Assembly (NCBI RefSeq): GCF_000150275.1
Contig: NW_002060956.1
Coordinates: forward strand, 1,114,280 to 1,178,279
Reading direction: 5' to 3'
Length of the DNA: 64,000 bases
Origin: Trichoplax adhaerens
Lineage: Eukaryota > Animalia > Placozoa
Both the position numbers and the translations under genes were made by a program. This document shows, piece by piece, positions 43,123 to 56,400 of this stretch. The notes beneath the pieces were generated by a model. It searched no databases and was not told the DNA's origin. It worked only from the letters and a program-made list of their open reading frames with translations. Every line of letters starts with the position of its first letter. The first letter of the stretch is position 1.

Positions 43123-45138
43123 ATGTCACGAGTGTTTATTTGTAGATCAATGGTTTTGGTAGTGCTAGCATCGATGTCTTTATGCGATAACATCATTGAT
43201 AATATCGATATTATCTCAATCAATCAGTCCAATTGGCAGCTAAATGATACATCCTATGAACCATTTGGTAACTGTGCACTTATTAACGACAATTCAGGAA
43301 GCCAACAACTTTTATCAATATCTATTGATCCAATTTACGATTGGGATATCATTAAAAACCATTTAAATCAATTTGAGAAAGTTCTTTCTAGATTTGATTG
43401 CCGAGACAAGAGTCAATATCGTTATTCTATGATTTGGAGATGTAGTGATTGTCAGGTAAGTTCTTATGGCAGTATATGACACTAATATAAATTTGCTTCC
43501 ATTCAAAATTCTATTCAACCCGTATAGTGAACACTTAGCAATGTGATACTAACAATTTCTACATAATGGAGAGAGGCAGAAATAAATAGATCGCATAGAA
43601 CCTTCATTTTTTTAAACGTGATTTTACTATATTAAATGGATGAAAATTATAATTACGTCTTAATAAACAACCGAGCGTTACCGCATTGATTAGTATGACA
43701 GACAAATAATAAATAATTCATGATAATGTTCAATGGCACATTTTGGAAGTCAATAAATTATAAATGTACAAAGAAGAGTCGATTAATGATCCTCCCTAAC
43801 ATGATTTTTATACCATGATTAAGCAACCGTCGTTTTTCTTCTTATCAGCTATCCCTTTATTTGGCCTTTAAATCAAAAGACGTTAAAATAAACAAATGCT
43901 ATAGTAATGCCTATCGAAATGATAGGGTTGATTATAATTATTGTAATACTACATGTATATTACTATACCATAATGTGAAGTAATATAACCCATAAGATAG
44001 ACTCTTTTTCTAGTCCTATCCATCACTTAACGTTAGTGTAGCGATCGTAACAATAATGTAGCATCCAATCTTGTACTTTAAGACCAATATCAAGCTTGCT
44101 CATTAAATAGTTACGCTACTGTCTTCATCAACCTACCATATCGTATATTTTAAAAAATAATACTTTTATCTCTATAACAATCAACTAGCTAGGCAATATA
44201 GTACGATTGTTTAATGTTAATAATTAATATAATTGCATCCCACTTTCTATCGTTTAACCTAAAATTCTATCTAATATTTTAAAAATTGTATACGAAACTC
44301 CGATATTGTATAAGTAGCTTACCGTATAATAGCTGCTTTATTTAACATTAAAGATTATTTTGATTAAAATTTATTTGCAGGCCGTATATTATATTTGGCT
44401 ATATCTATCATCTACTGTTATTCAAGTCAATGGCACCATTATTAAACCATGTTTAGACGTTTGCAATAGCGTCTTGCAAAGATGTCCTTACCTTGCTGCA
44501 AGTTTACAGCACAGCTACGATGGTGAATCGGCATTTGATTGCCCATGTGAGTTAGAGCAAATAATGGCATAATTTGATCGTATAACCAGGATATATCGAT
44601 AGTTTTTCACCATAAGAGTTGTATCCATTAACGTCTTATTAGTATCGCTTGGTTGCTCTCTATAGCGATAAACTAATTCGTATTATGCCATGTTTTATCA
44701 ATTCTTTCGATCGTAAAAGGTGATACAATGATATTACAGTAGTAATACAAAAAAACTAATGTCCATGATCCTTTTTTTACTTTTTTAACAGCTGAGAACG
44801 CGGTACAAGCACTTGGAAATAGCAGTTATGCACTAACAAATTGTATTACATATAACCAGTCTATGCTAGATATGGAGAAAATGCAATATAATCTAACGTG
44901 TGAAGAGAACAATGTTTACATGACTACCGATGTAACCACAATCAACAAAACGCTCCATAATAATTTTGTAACTGAAAAAGATTTTGCATCCAAATGTCAT
45001 TATCGATTGAACAGAACCATGTATGAATTATATGTAAAAACTGCTATTGTTAATAGTGCAGTTAGCATAGCAAGTTTTAGTATTAATACGGTAGTATTAT
45101 CGTTTATTTATTTACTACATACTGTACTTAGATATTAA
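43123..45138 (+). CDS. NALF1: FAM155/NALF (NLF-1/Mid1-like) NALCN channel auxiliary subunit, 3 coding exons, ~281 aa
   Basis: Exons 43123-43455, 44381-44546 and 44792-45138. They encode an N-terminal hydrophobic signal, the Cys-rich domain FEKVLSRFDC...YS...CSDCQAVYYIW...KPCLDVCNSVLQRCPY...YDGESAFDCP, and a hydrophobic C-terminal tail, matching the FAM155 CRD pattern. Confidence 0.8.
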
Positions 45139-47418
45139 CGGGACTATTTTTGATTGCTATGGCTTAATAAGTTGTCAGTAAATGCTGTAATATTGATCAA
45201 GGTAGCAACTACCATTCACTTATTAGAGAATAATAAATTTATACATTTTCAATTATGTAATTGCTTCGTGTACGTTTATGAAAGTTAGTTGACTCATAAT
45301 TAGCGCCCCAATTTAGACGTAAAAAGCCGATTTGACTTTATAATAATACTGCACTCTCAGGAACAAATTCTTACCATTCTTGGTAATGAATGAATCTTGT
45401 TACAGGAGGCTTGCTGAGATTTATCCTAGATTGCCTTTATAATCTCCATCAATTAGTTTTTACAATCGTTGATACATCGTGCTTACTAGATACCTGTTTA
45501 TAAAATTTTAAATGGATAGTATATTAATTTATAAAAATTTTCAAGGTATCTTACTTAAAATTGCAAACAAGTGCTCAATGAGTACCGTACTCTAACATGG
45601 CTCTTCCTGTTCTATGTCAATAATTTAATCTAGCACTTGATCAAACCAATATTTTTTAAAATTTGTTTTCAATCTTGCTAATTTTTTCTCACTAAATGGC
45701 ATTATTCAGATAGTGATGCTTATTATCTTCGGACCAATCGATCCTTATTCTTGGGCACTCAGTGTCTAAAGAACTACAAAAAAGGATTAATTGTAGCGGT
45801 TTCGTCATGTTAAAAAATAATCTGTAAATAAATGGACTGTGCTGTTCTTTTAGATATAGGTACTGAATACTAATTGATCATTTTTACGTTATAAATAAGT
45901 CAATTTCCAGTGCTTGATTCATTTCTACTTAACCGATTTTTTAATGTGCATATAGACTGTTACCATCAGTACTCCGTTTATAAAAGCGATAAAATTATTC
46001 ACAAATATGCTTGGTAATTTCTATTGCCATGTTTAATCGCTAGCTAGACGAAGCATTATATCAGCAATTCACTATTAACAATACTCAAGATTTCGAAGCA
46101 TCTGAGTTGCGAATACTTATCTCGTATGTTACGTAGCAAAATGAAAGTATGTATCAACATCTAAATTAGCAGCTCTTACTGGTTAAAATATTGAGTAATA
46201 AGTCTTGCGTGATGACAAAAGTCAATACTGGCTCTTTATACATAATACATTAAGAATATAAAGCGGTATTTGAATATACTAGAGTAATATTGAACTATGT
46301 ACAAATAATTACTATTTTTAAGCATTATTCTTTCTACTCAGTGCGTAAGTATTCGTGTATTAATTGATCAATTCAGTCCAACTTTTAGTTTAAATATATA
46401 CACCCAAATGGGCTTGAAATATGGAATAAAACTGTTAGTTCTCAAGCGAAATAATGTCGAAGCTACTTTTGCTTTCATCAAATTAATCCCTATTTACAAG
46501 TACTACACGACGTCTATTAGTATTGTTTTAAAATAATGATAAAAATAATCTCTAGACAGTAAAAGTAATATCATATAACTGTCACTTATTAAATTGTACC
46601 GTATCGAAAAGTGATCTTGGGAAACTAATATCTCATATATTTGATCATATGCATAAGATCATACACTAACGGAAACAGAGCCTCTGGAGAATAACTATAT
46701 TTGACTTAGCATTTATAGGAACGCACTATTTTATACATTATGCAACGTCTCTTAAATGGTACTGGAAAGATAATTTTCTGTGGTTTACATTCTACGGTTT
46801 CTGGCCTGGTATGCTGGTTGTGAGTTAGTGGTACAAAATGCAAAACTGCGATAACCTTTTAAAAAATTCTAATATGAGGTTTATGAAGTACATGAGCATA
46901 AATACATTAACAAATCTCCTAAACGTAGGAATAAGAATTATACGTTTTATTCAAGAAATACAATAGCAGCAAGACTAATGACATTTAAAAGTAAGTAACT
47001 CAACAGATAGATGCATCAACATTTTATTAAAGTAATGATTCTAAAATTCAATCAATCGAACCCTAAACAAATTGAAATAATTTCCTTTTACTGGCAATTA
47101 CTAATTTTTTTTAATAAATAATTAATTTCAACTAAACTAGTCAGGGTTATCTGCAATTTTAACAAGGTACTAGTGGTTGAATATGGGTAGAAAAAGAATC
47201 TAGTGATTGACATCTCTAGACCAACTTTACGACGTCATGATATTTTCATCATTTTGTGTGGAACCTATTGTAATATTTATCGCCTATTTATATTTAGATC
47301 TAGACCAGAACTAAAGTTGCATTTTTAAATAGAAAATGCCTATAGAAGTAATCATAAAAATTTTGTTCTTTCTTGTAGTTTTACGCACAAAACATTGAAT
47401 ACATTTCCACGTCCATCA

Positions 47419-50400
47419 TTAATTTCCAAATGTTGATTTTTTGCAAACTATACACCTACTGATCTCAGAACTAGTCGCTGATGCACTTAATACTTGTTGA
47501 GTTGGAGGATCGAATTGCTGACTTGCGTTAATGGCTTTCATCCAAAAACTTAGCCCTCCAACGGTGTTAATACAAGTTCCTCTAGAGTTACATTCGATGA
47601 AGGGTTGTGATCTAAAGTTACGTAAGCAAGAGCCAGGGGATTGTAATTGTTGGCCGGAACCTTGATTTCCAGTGCCAGTTTGCTAAAGTAAGTTTTATAA
47701 GATAACATTGGTTAATGCTAGAATATACCTAAATGTTTCATACATGTTCAAATAGTAAATCTCTATCTTGAATATCATCGAAAACGCCATAATTTTTGAT
47801 TAGGATAAGAGAAAATATTTATTACACATTCTGAGAATCTTTGTAACATCACATATTACAAGCTATCATTTATTCATTTATTCATAAATTATAATTTCAT
47901 TTTTCAAGCTTATTAAGCTACTATAAATCCCAAAAATACTTCTTATCCAAAAATGATTTCTAATGACTAGCAACTGTATTATACCAGGTCAGATATTATA
48001 AAAATAACAAATAATGCCTTACTGTATAAGTGTATAAAGTGATTTATAGCTTAGAAGAATGTACATTGCACAGTATTATATCTTTTATCAAGGATATGAA
48101 ATTAGTTAAGAAATTATTAAGACTTCGCAATTTATGCTGAACGTATAACAACTGTTTACTACAAGGTCTATTCAGCTGTACCCATAGTCATGACCAAAGT
48201 AATCAAATTGCTTACCATAATGTAGCTGTACCCTTCCCATAACTGCTGCCATCCATTTGGACAGCTTGGAGCGGTACTAGTTTGACTATGGAATGCAGCA
48301 ACTGGAGCGTTAGCTTCACAAACAGAGCATCTGTATTTATAAAGAATTAAAAATATTTTTAGAAGCCATTATTTACACTATAAAACTACGCTATCAGTAT
48401 TGATTACCGTCCAATGTAAGGGGCTATGTTGGATCCAGAGATGGGTACATAAGATGGAGCAAGAGATGCAGATAACCAATAACTGACGCCCAATCTCGTC
48501 GCAATATCGCAGCGTTGATTTAATGAGCAAAACATATATGGCAATGTAGTAAATCGCTCTAGACAAGAACTACTACGGCCAAGATCTTGACCTATAGTCT
48601 GCCCATTACCTTCCACAAAGAGTAAGCTATAACCAGACCAAAGTGTGGTAAAAGGGCTGGGACATTGAGGAACTGTTGTACTTTGGCTATGTATAGCCAT
48701 AACATCACCGATTTGATTATCTCCAGGTTGTCCACGGCCACCAGGATCCCCTCGTCGACCGCGATTACCTTTTTCACCCTTTTCGCCTGTTGTACCAATC
48801 TGCCCTTTATCACCTTTGGGGCCATCATTACCAGGAGGACCTTGCGGTCCTACTTCGCCCTTTGGGCCAAGATCACCTTTAGAGCCATTAAATCCACGAG
48901 GGCCAATAGGTCCAACATCTCCCTTTATTCCTGTATTTCCCTTATCACCTTTTATGCCTGGGCTGCCTTTTTCTCCTTGTTCGAGCACAAATACCGAGCC
49001 AGTTTCATTCATATAATACGATAATCCTCTTAAACCTCGTTGACCTTATTAACAGAAATAGGTACATTTATGGAGAAGTTATTGCTGCATTTGAACGATA
49101 GCTATAGTTATAATAACATTTTGAACTAGTAATCAATTCTAGACTATAAAATTGATTGCTAATAATGAGATATGACCGTAATACTCCATTTAAACCTTTT
49201 TCTCCTTTTTCTCCTTGCAATCCAATGTCTCCTTTTGCCCCTGTATCGCCCTTAGAACCGTTAAACCCAGGAGGACCCGGGTCGCCTTGAATACCAATCT
49301 GGCCTTTCTCTCCTCGATCTCCTTTAGTTCCATTAACACCTTGAATGTGATAAAGGAAAGTGAAAATTGCTTATAATCATGGTAATTTAGTACATTCTTG
49401 CAGTTTAAATATCTTTAATAAGTACTGCACTGGTAACGCAAAATTTACTTTCAAACGTCTAAGATAGGTTACCTTGAAAGCCAATTGGTCCTTTATCGCC
49501 TTTTGGCCCTGGATTAGTTCCATCGCGACCGTTAAGTCCAGGTACACCTTTCTCTCCTTTCATTCCATAGAGACCTTCTTCTCCTTTATCACCTTTCGGA
49601 CCATCGAACCCTTTTATGAATACGTAAATGAAAGCAAATTATCGAAAACGTAAATTTCTTCATTAAATTTCAAAATATTCCAAATGATCAATTAACTTGT
49701 AGTACACACATAGTTTTCTTATCAAGTATCAATAATTGCAGTATTCATTTAAAATCTTTTTAATTTATCATTTTAAAAGTTTGTAGAGAGGTATTGCGAA
49801 ACGAAAATTCCCTCTTGAACCTTACTGGCATTCGGTGTGCTAATTGTTTATATGCGCGCGATTTTATCACATTGATATTTATCGTAGTGTTAAATTCTCA
49901 CCCTGATAATACTAGAAGTTATTAACGCAAAATTTCTATTAGTTTATCATTTTAGATTATCATGGATGATAGCTCAATTTTAATTCCTATCTGGTACTCC
50001 ATAATAGTTCTTGAACTGCCTGTAGCATTTTATCATATTGGCATCTATTTTTACAATTACTATTAAATATCAGTAGATTTTACCTTAAATCTAGTTAGTT
50101 TATCGTCTTATGAGACTGCCGTAAAATGAAATGTAGCCCTTCAAATCTTATCTGTATTCCATCATCGACTATCAGTAACTATGGGTGTAATTTGTATTCC
50201 TAACTCAATATCAACAATTATGGCCTATAGTATTGATTAATTGAAGAATTACCAATTTATTATTCAAAGAAATTGATGATAGAGTACCAATATTGGCGAT
50301 ACGTATTTTAATACCCTTGGGTCATATTGGATAACTTTAGTTAGCTTAGATAAATGATAGCGTACGCTTCAGTAGCCAAGTCTATTAACTTACCATCAGT

Positions 50401-53400
50401 TCCATTAAATCCTATAGGTCCCGTCAATCCTATTGGGCCAGTTGCACCTTTCTCACCAGGCTCACCTTTGGGACCTGAGCCATCACCAATTGGTCCTTGA
50501 GGCCCAGTTCCTCCAGTATTTCCCTTTTCGCCAGCTGCACCTTGTGAACCTGTAGCACCTTTATCACCCTTAGGACCTACTGATCCTGCTAGGCCTGTTT
50601 CTCCTTTAGTACCAATATCACCTTGTTGTCCTATAGCCAATTCAAGAGATCAAAATATTGATTTTATGAAATACGAGGATATTGCTAATGCCAGCCTTGA
50701 ATAGATCCTCAAATAGATTAAATAAATTGATTGTACCTTTATCTCCTTGCATTCCCTTACATTCACTACTACCATCTTCGCCTTTCGGCCCAGTTGGTCC
50801 AATCTCACCTTTGCTACCTAGAGGTCCTTTAGGTCCTCGTGGGCCTGCATTACCTTTATCTCCTTTTTCGCCTTTCGGGCCTATATTTCCTTGAAAACCC
50901 TGCTGACCCGCTTGGCCTAGAACAAAATAACCAGAATCTTGTTATCTATTTGAAAATTAATGAATATGTAGCAGCAATCTAGTATCTGTATACTTTAATT
51001 GTAATATAACAATTAACCAATATAATAACAAATCATATATAATAAACAATTAACGGAGGCAGTTGTATTCTACTAGAATTAAATAGGGAAAGTTTCATTT
51101 TGTAACCTTGAGGTCCTTGAGGGCCTTTGTCTCCAGTAAAACCGTTATCACCCTTTTCACCTTTATCACCTTTTGATCCAGTCACTCCAATTGGACCTTT
51201 AGGGCCTATAGGTCCGGTATCACCTTTAGGACCTGATTAGACATGTATAGGTTATTTGAGACAATATAATTAATTGCTAAAAAAAGTACCGCATTAGTCT
51301 ATTTAATCCATGAAATGTAATTACCTATATCGCCTTTTAGGCCCTTTTCGCCTTGACTTCCTTTATCACCTTTATCGCCATCGGTACCATTAATTCCAAT
51401 GGGCCCAAGTGATCCCTTATCACCTTTATTTCCTACAATACCCTGATCACCTTGAATGCCTTGATTACCTTTTTCCCCTTTATCTCCTTTGCCACCAACT
51501 TCTCCTTTTTGGCCTGGTATTCCGCTACTACCAGCCAATCCTCTGTTGCCTTTATCACCTTTGGGACCATCAATGCCTGCGATACCTTGCTGACCTAACG
51601 AATCGATCATGGAGAATTCAATTTAGAAATACTTTAATTCAGTAAGGCTGATAAGATTATTACATTTTACTTAATGCCAATTAACTACCCGCATCTGATA
51701 TTTACACACTTAGAAATTGTATAAAACTGCTTCAAACGATTAATAATCGTTTTAAATCATTTTATATCTTTTAATGAGATTGGTAGACCACGAAAATTGT
51801 ATTGGTATTAAGAATTCTTAATCATTTTAGATTTGCGTAGCTATTACCATAAATATTTCATCATTATATGAAAATAGCGTCTGAAATGTTGGTATGCAAT
51901 GTTGCGCTATTTATATCTTAATTTAAATAATTGATCAATCTTAATGATGGTTTCATATCTTAATTTACGTAAATTTATTCAATAAATTGACATAAAATAT
52001 CCAATTATGAGTTATAAAACCTACCCAGTAAGATTATTAACAATAACCTAAAATACTTTTAGAAATCGTAGCTATACTACAATAAATTATTCTAAGGTAT
52101 GGATAAGATACGATATATATTCTTTTTTACATGGGAAATGATCACTAAATAGACAATATTTACTATTTGAATAACCCTGTATGAATTATACTAGTACTCG
52201 TATACGGCACACGGTCACAAGTACGTTAGCGATCAGGGCTATCTCGGAAAATTCGGCTATACTAAACTAGCGAACCTTTATCTCCTTTAGTGCCGTTCAT
52301 TCCTCTATCACCAGTAGAACCTGTTGCACCTAAATCGCCTTTTTGCCCAAGCTCTCCTTTCTGGCCAGTGGCACCTTTGAAACCTTTCAAACCTTGTTGG
52401 CCTGTAGTTCCCGGTGCGCCCTTCTGACCTTTGCTTCCAGGTCTTCCTGGTATCCCAGGCTGACCAGCAAATCCTATTTATTTCGAAGTGAATGGTCATG
52501 AAATTAATATTACTATTGGAAGTAGAGTTAACACTGTTATGGACTGGTTATATATCGTATTCAAAGTTATTAAGCTACTAACATCAATTCTATATCGTTA
52601 TAGGCATGCATTACCTTTTTCTCCTGTTAGACCTTTGCTTCCTTTCGGGCCAGCCGCACCTTGTAAGCCAGTCTCACCTAGCGGACCTTTTTCTCCTTTT
52701 GCACCTGTATCACCTTTAAATACCGACGATAAGAGATTATTAATTTCAAAAAGGATACGCATATAAATACATTAGTCAAAATCTTACAAAAGAATTAAAA
52801 TCAGCTTTTACAAAGACTAAATATCAAGAAATTAATTTGTTATCAGATTTTGAATTTGAATCGAAAGTGAGGATTATAATTTATAGATTTAATATATTAT
52901 ATAATTAAAGTAAACTAGACAATAATAGTGCCAGCGAACATTGTATAATGAGGAAGTGTAGTCATTTTTTTGACGTTAATTAAGATATTGTGGCAGAAAT
53001 AAAATTAAGTTTCTTGATAGCAGCTAGAAATTAATCAAGTAAGGAATTAATTAGCAGAACTCTTGGCAATTCAGCTGAAAATCATCCGTGCAACAATAAG
53101 AGTACCTTTCACGCCACGGTCTCCGATATCTCCTTTTTCTCCTTTTAAGCCGTCCGTGCCGCGACTACCCTTAGCTCCAGGAAAGCCAGCAAGTCCCCGA
53201 TCACCTTTGTCTCCTTTAAATCCTTGCACACCTTTACTTCCTTTCGATCCTTTATTCCCTTTATCTCCACTAAGGCCACCTTGGCCTAAATTTTTCAATA
53301 GTATTTGGGAATAAATCTTGTTATCAAATTTTCGCATTAATTGAGCTAATTAAAGTGGGTTATAGTCTATTTAAATTTCAAACCTTTATCTCCCTTGTCT

Positions 53401-56400
53401 CCTGCAACACCTTTTGGACCAGGATTACCTTTATCACCCTTAGTACCTTTAGTTCCATCAATACCCTCTCTACCATGTAACCCTATCCATTTTATAAAGA
53501 GTTCATTTAACATGATTAAATATATAATCAATAATCCGGTTAATAGTGATATAATATTTATACATTATTTATTGATTAAGTTGAGGAGATATGCTGCATA
53601 TGGTTATATGGAATAATATAGTCATTACCAGGCTCTCCTTTAGAACCAGCTTCGCCTTTGGGTCCTGGATCACCTGCAAAGCCTTGTTCACCTCGGTCTC
53701 CTTTCTGGCCTTTATTACCTTTAAAACCTTGGTTTCCTTTATTTCCTTTCGGTCCAGGTTGTTCTCCTTTGTCACCTTTATTACCTTTGATGCCAGTATT
53801 TCCGGGTTCTCCTTTAGGCCCTTGCAATGATTGCCCTATATCGCCTTTATCTCCTTTCGCTCCTTGATCACCCGTTTGACCAACAACTACCGATGAATTT
53901 CCCGGTGGTCCAATAGGCCCTTTTTCTCCCTTAGTTCCTGCTATGCCAGGCTCTCCCTTAGCTCCAGTATTTCCAGTTTGTCCTTGATCGCCTTTACTAC
54001 CTTTCGTTCCCTTCTCTCCTTTAATACCGGATATACCTTTTTCGCCCTTGATACCTTTTTCTCCTTTATTCTGTGCTGTTGATACGATAGGTTCACCTAA
54101 AAGGGAAAAATTGATAGTTCATATTCATTTTAATTGATGTTGCGAGAACGAACATCTAGCTGAATTAAAATCGAGACGTTAATCCATCTAGATATGGACA
54201 AATTAATCATTTTCTACCTTTTTGGCCTTTTTCTCCCAATGTTCCAGTTATACCTTGAATACCTGTATCACCTTTATCACCAGTTGGTCCAAAACCATCG
54301 GTACCATTAACACCTGCTGCACCTTTGCTACCCGTAGGACCAATATTTCCTTTTTGTCCTTTTTCTCCAGTTAAGCCTATGTCACCTTTAAATCCCTAGT
54401 AAAAGTTTAAGTCGAAGATAGATACGGTATTCCAAATGATAACATCCTAGTTTACATTAGCTCAGGCTAGCTTTAACGAATAGGAATAGGTATTATTTAG
54501 GCAGATACCTGTTGACCTTTTTCACCCTTACTACCAGTTGTGCCTGTATCTCCTTTAGTTCCGTCAGGTCCAATTGATCCTTTATCTCCAGTAATGCCAG
54601 TATCTCCTTTCTGTCCAGGTAAACCTTTTTGACCTTTTTGACCTTTAACTGATTCACCTTTATCACCTTTTGCTCCATCTTGTCCAGGATCACCTTTGTT
54701 ACCTTTCAAACCCTACAGGGTGATTAATGTTATACTGAACTCGCACATTATGCCTGGTTTCGTAAAATGGAAATGAATTAACTCTTACTGGCTCTCCTTT
54801 TGGTCCACGTTGTCCTATCTCTCCTTTATCTCCCTTGCTGCCATTTACTCCAGCTGCTCCTTGAGTTCCATTTAAACCTGGTGGGCCGATATCTCCAGTT
54901 GTGCCTAAGCTACCTTTTTCTCCTTTCTCAGGGATTGGGCAGGCCATGCAAGCATCTCCTTTTTGCCCAATTAATCCTGGTAGACCAGGTACACCTTTGG
55001 GGCCTGTTGCTCCAGGGTCACCAGCTCTACCTGGAGGTCCTGATATTCCAGGAGGGCCTTGTACAACCGTTGAATTACTTCCGCCACTTATTCCAGGTAA
55101 ACCTATCCATACATATATATTTAAGTAATTAAGATACATAAATCAATTGACGATATTACTGCTATTTATTTTTACGTACATTATGGAATTCTAGTTTGCA
55201 CTGCTGCGTTAGAGCTGATTATATCATATGATACGATATTAGTAGCTTTTACCTTGAAGCCCACGGCTTCCCTTTTCACCAGTTGCTCCAGAATCTCCTT
55301 GAGGACCCTGATCACCTTGAGGCCCTTGTATTGAAGCTCCAACTGGTCCAGTATTTCCTTTCTCCCCGGAAGGACCTGACTCACCTTTTTGCCCAACCTG
55401 TCCATTGCTACCGTCCATTCCTAATCATCATGTATTTTACAGCATGAACATATCTATCTCTTTCTATATACATATATATATAGTGATCGGATATGGAGGT
55501 ATTTTTGCTATTTAATACGCTACTTTGCAGCTTAGCTATAATGTATCAGGTTTACAAACCACTTAGACATTAAAAATTATTTAAAAATGCAATCACGGAA
55601 GATGCTAAATTTTCGCAAGTAATGCATGGATATACGCACCTGATTGACCTGGTTCTCCTTTCGTTCCTTTAGGTCCAATAGGGCCAGATGCTCCAGATGC
55701 ACCTTTAGATCCAGTAGGACCTCGCTGTCCTGGCAATCCACGAGGTCCAACATTACCTTTTGGACCTATAGCGCCTGGATCTCCAGGAGGACCAAAACCT
55801 TGTCCAGGGCCTGGAGGTCCCTGAATATGACAGAGAATAACAATTTGATACCATGAAGTTGATGAAGTATATAATAAATTTAACTACTATGAATTTGAGT
55901 GCTTAATTACGACGCAAATACGCGTACTTGCAGATCGTATTAATTAATTAAATCATTAATACATTTGTATAGTATCCTTACCGGCAATCCTATTGGGCCA
56001 GTATTACCTTTTGTTCCTATTGGACCTCGTGAACCCTAATAATAAAGATCCGATACTCTAATTAAAGCGCTTGATTGAGTAGAGCACAATCGAGCTACTG
56101 CAGGTAAGGAATACTTACATCACGACCATAAGGCCCTTCTTCTCCAATACTACCAATGCTTCCAATGTCACCCTAGGCGGTTAATTTGAAATCATTGACA
56201 GGATGGTATTCGTTATTAAAAATTAAGCAGCTCATTTTTAAGAATCCGTAGAAATTGCATTATCCAGTAAATACCTTAATGCCTTGAATACCAGTATCAC
56301 CTCGAGATCCTTTCTCTCCCTATCGATATCACATAACAGATAATCATAACATGTCTTGTAATCATTAGTTTTAAATCGTTAGAGCTTGGGTATTATAACA

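Noticed and set aside
49180-49200. Apparent non-canonical GA donor in a collagen intron
   Set aside because: A canonical phase-1 donor (AAA G|gtttaa) just upstream restores the frame.
48665-55856. Pro/Ser/Leu-rich + strand ORFs and alternative-frame - strand ORFs over the collagen gene
   Set aside because: These are artefacts of Gly-X-Y codon periodicity (antisense GGN gives NCC with few stops).
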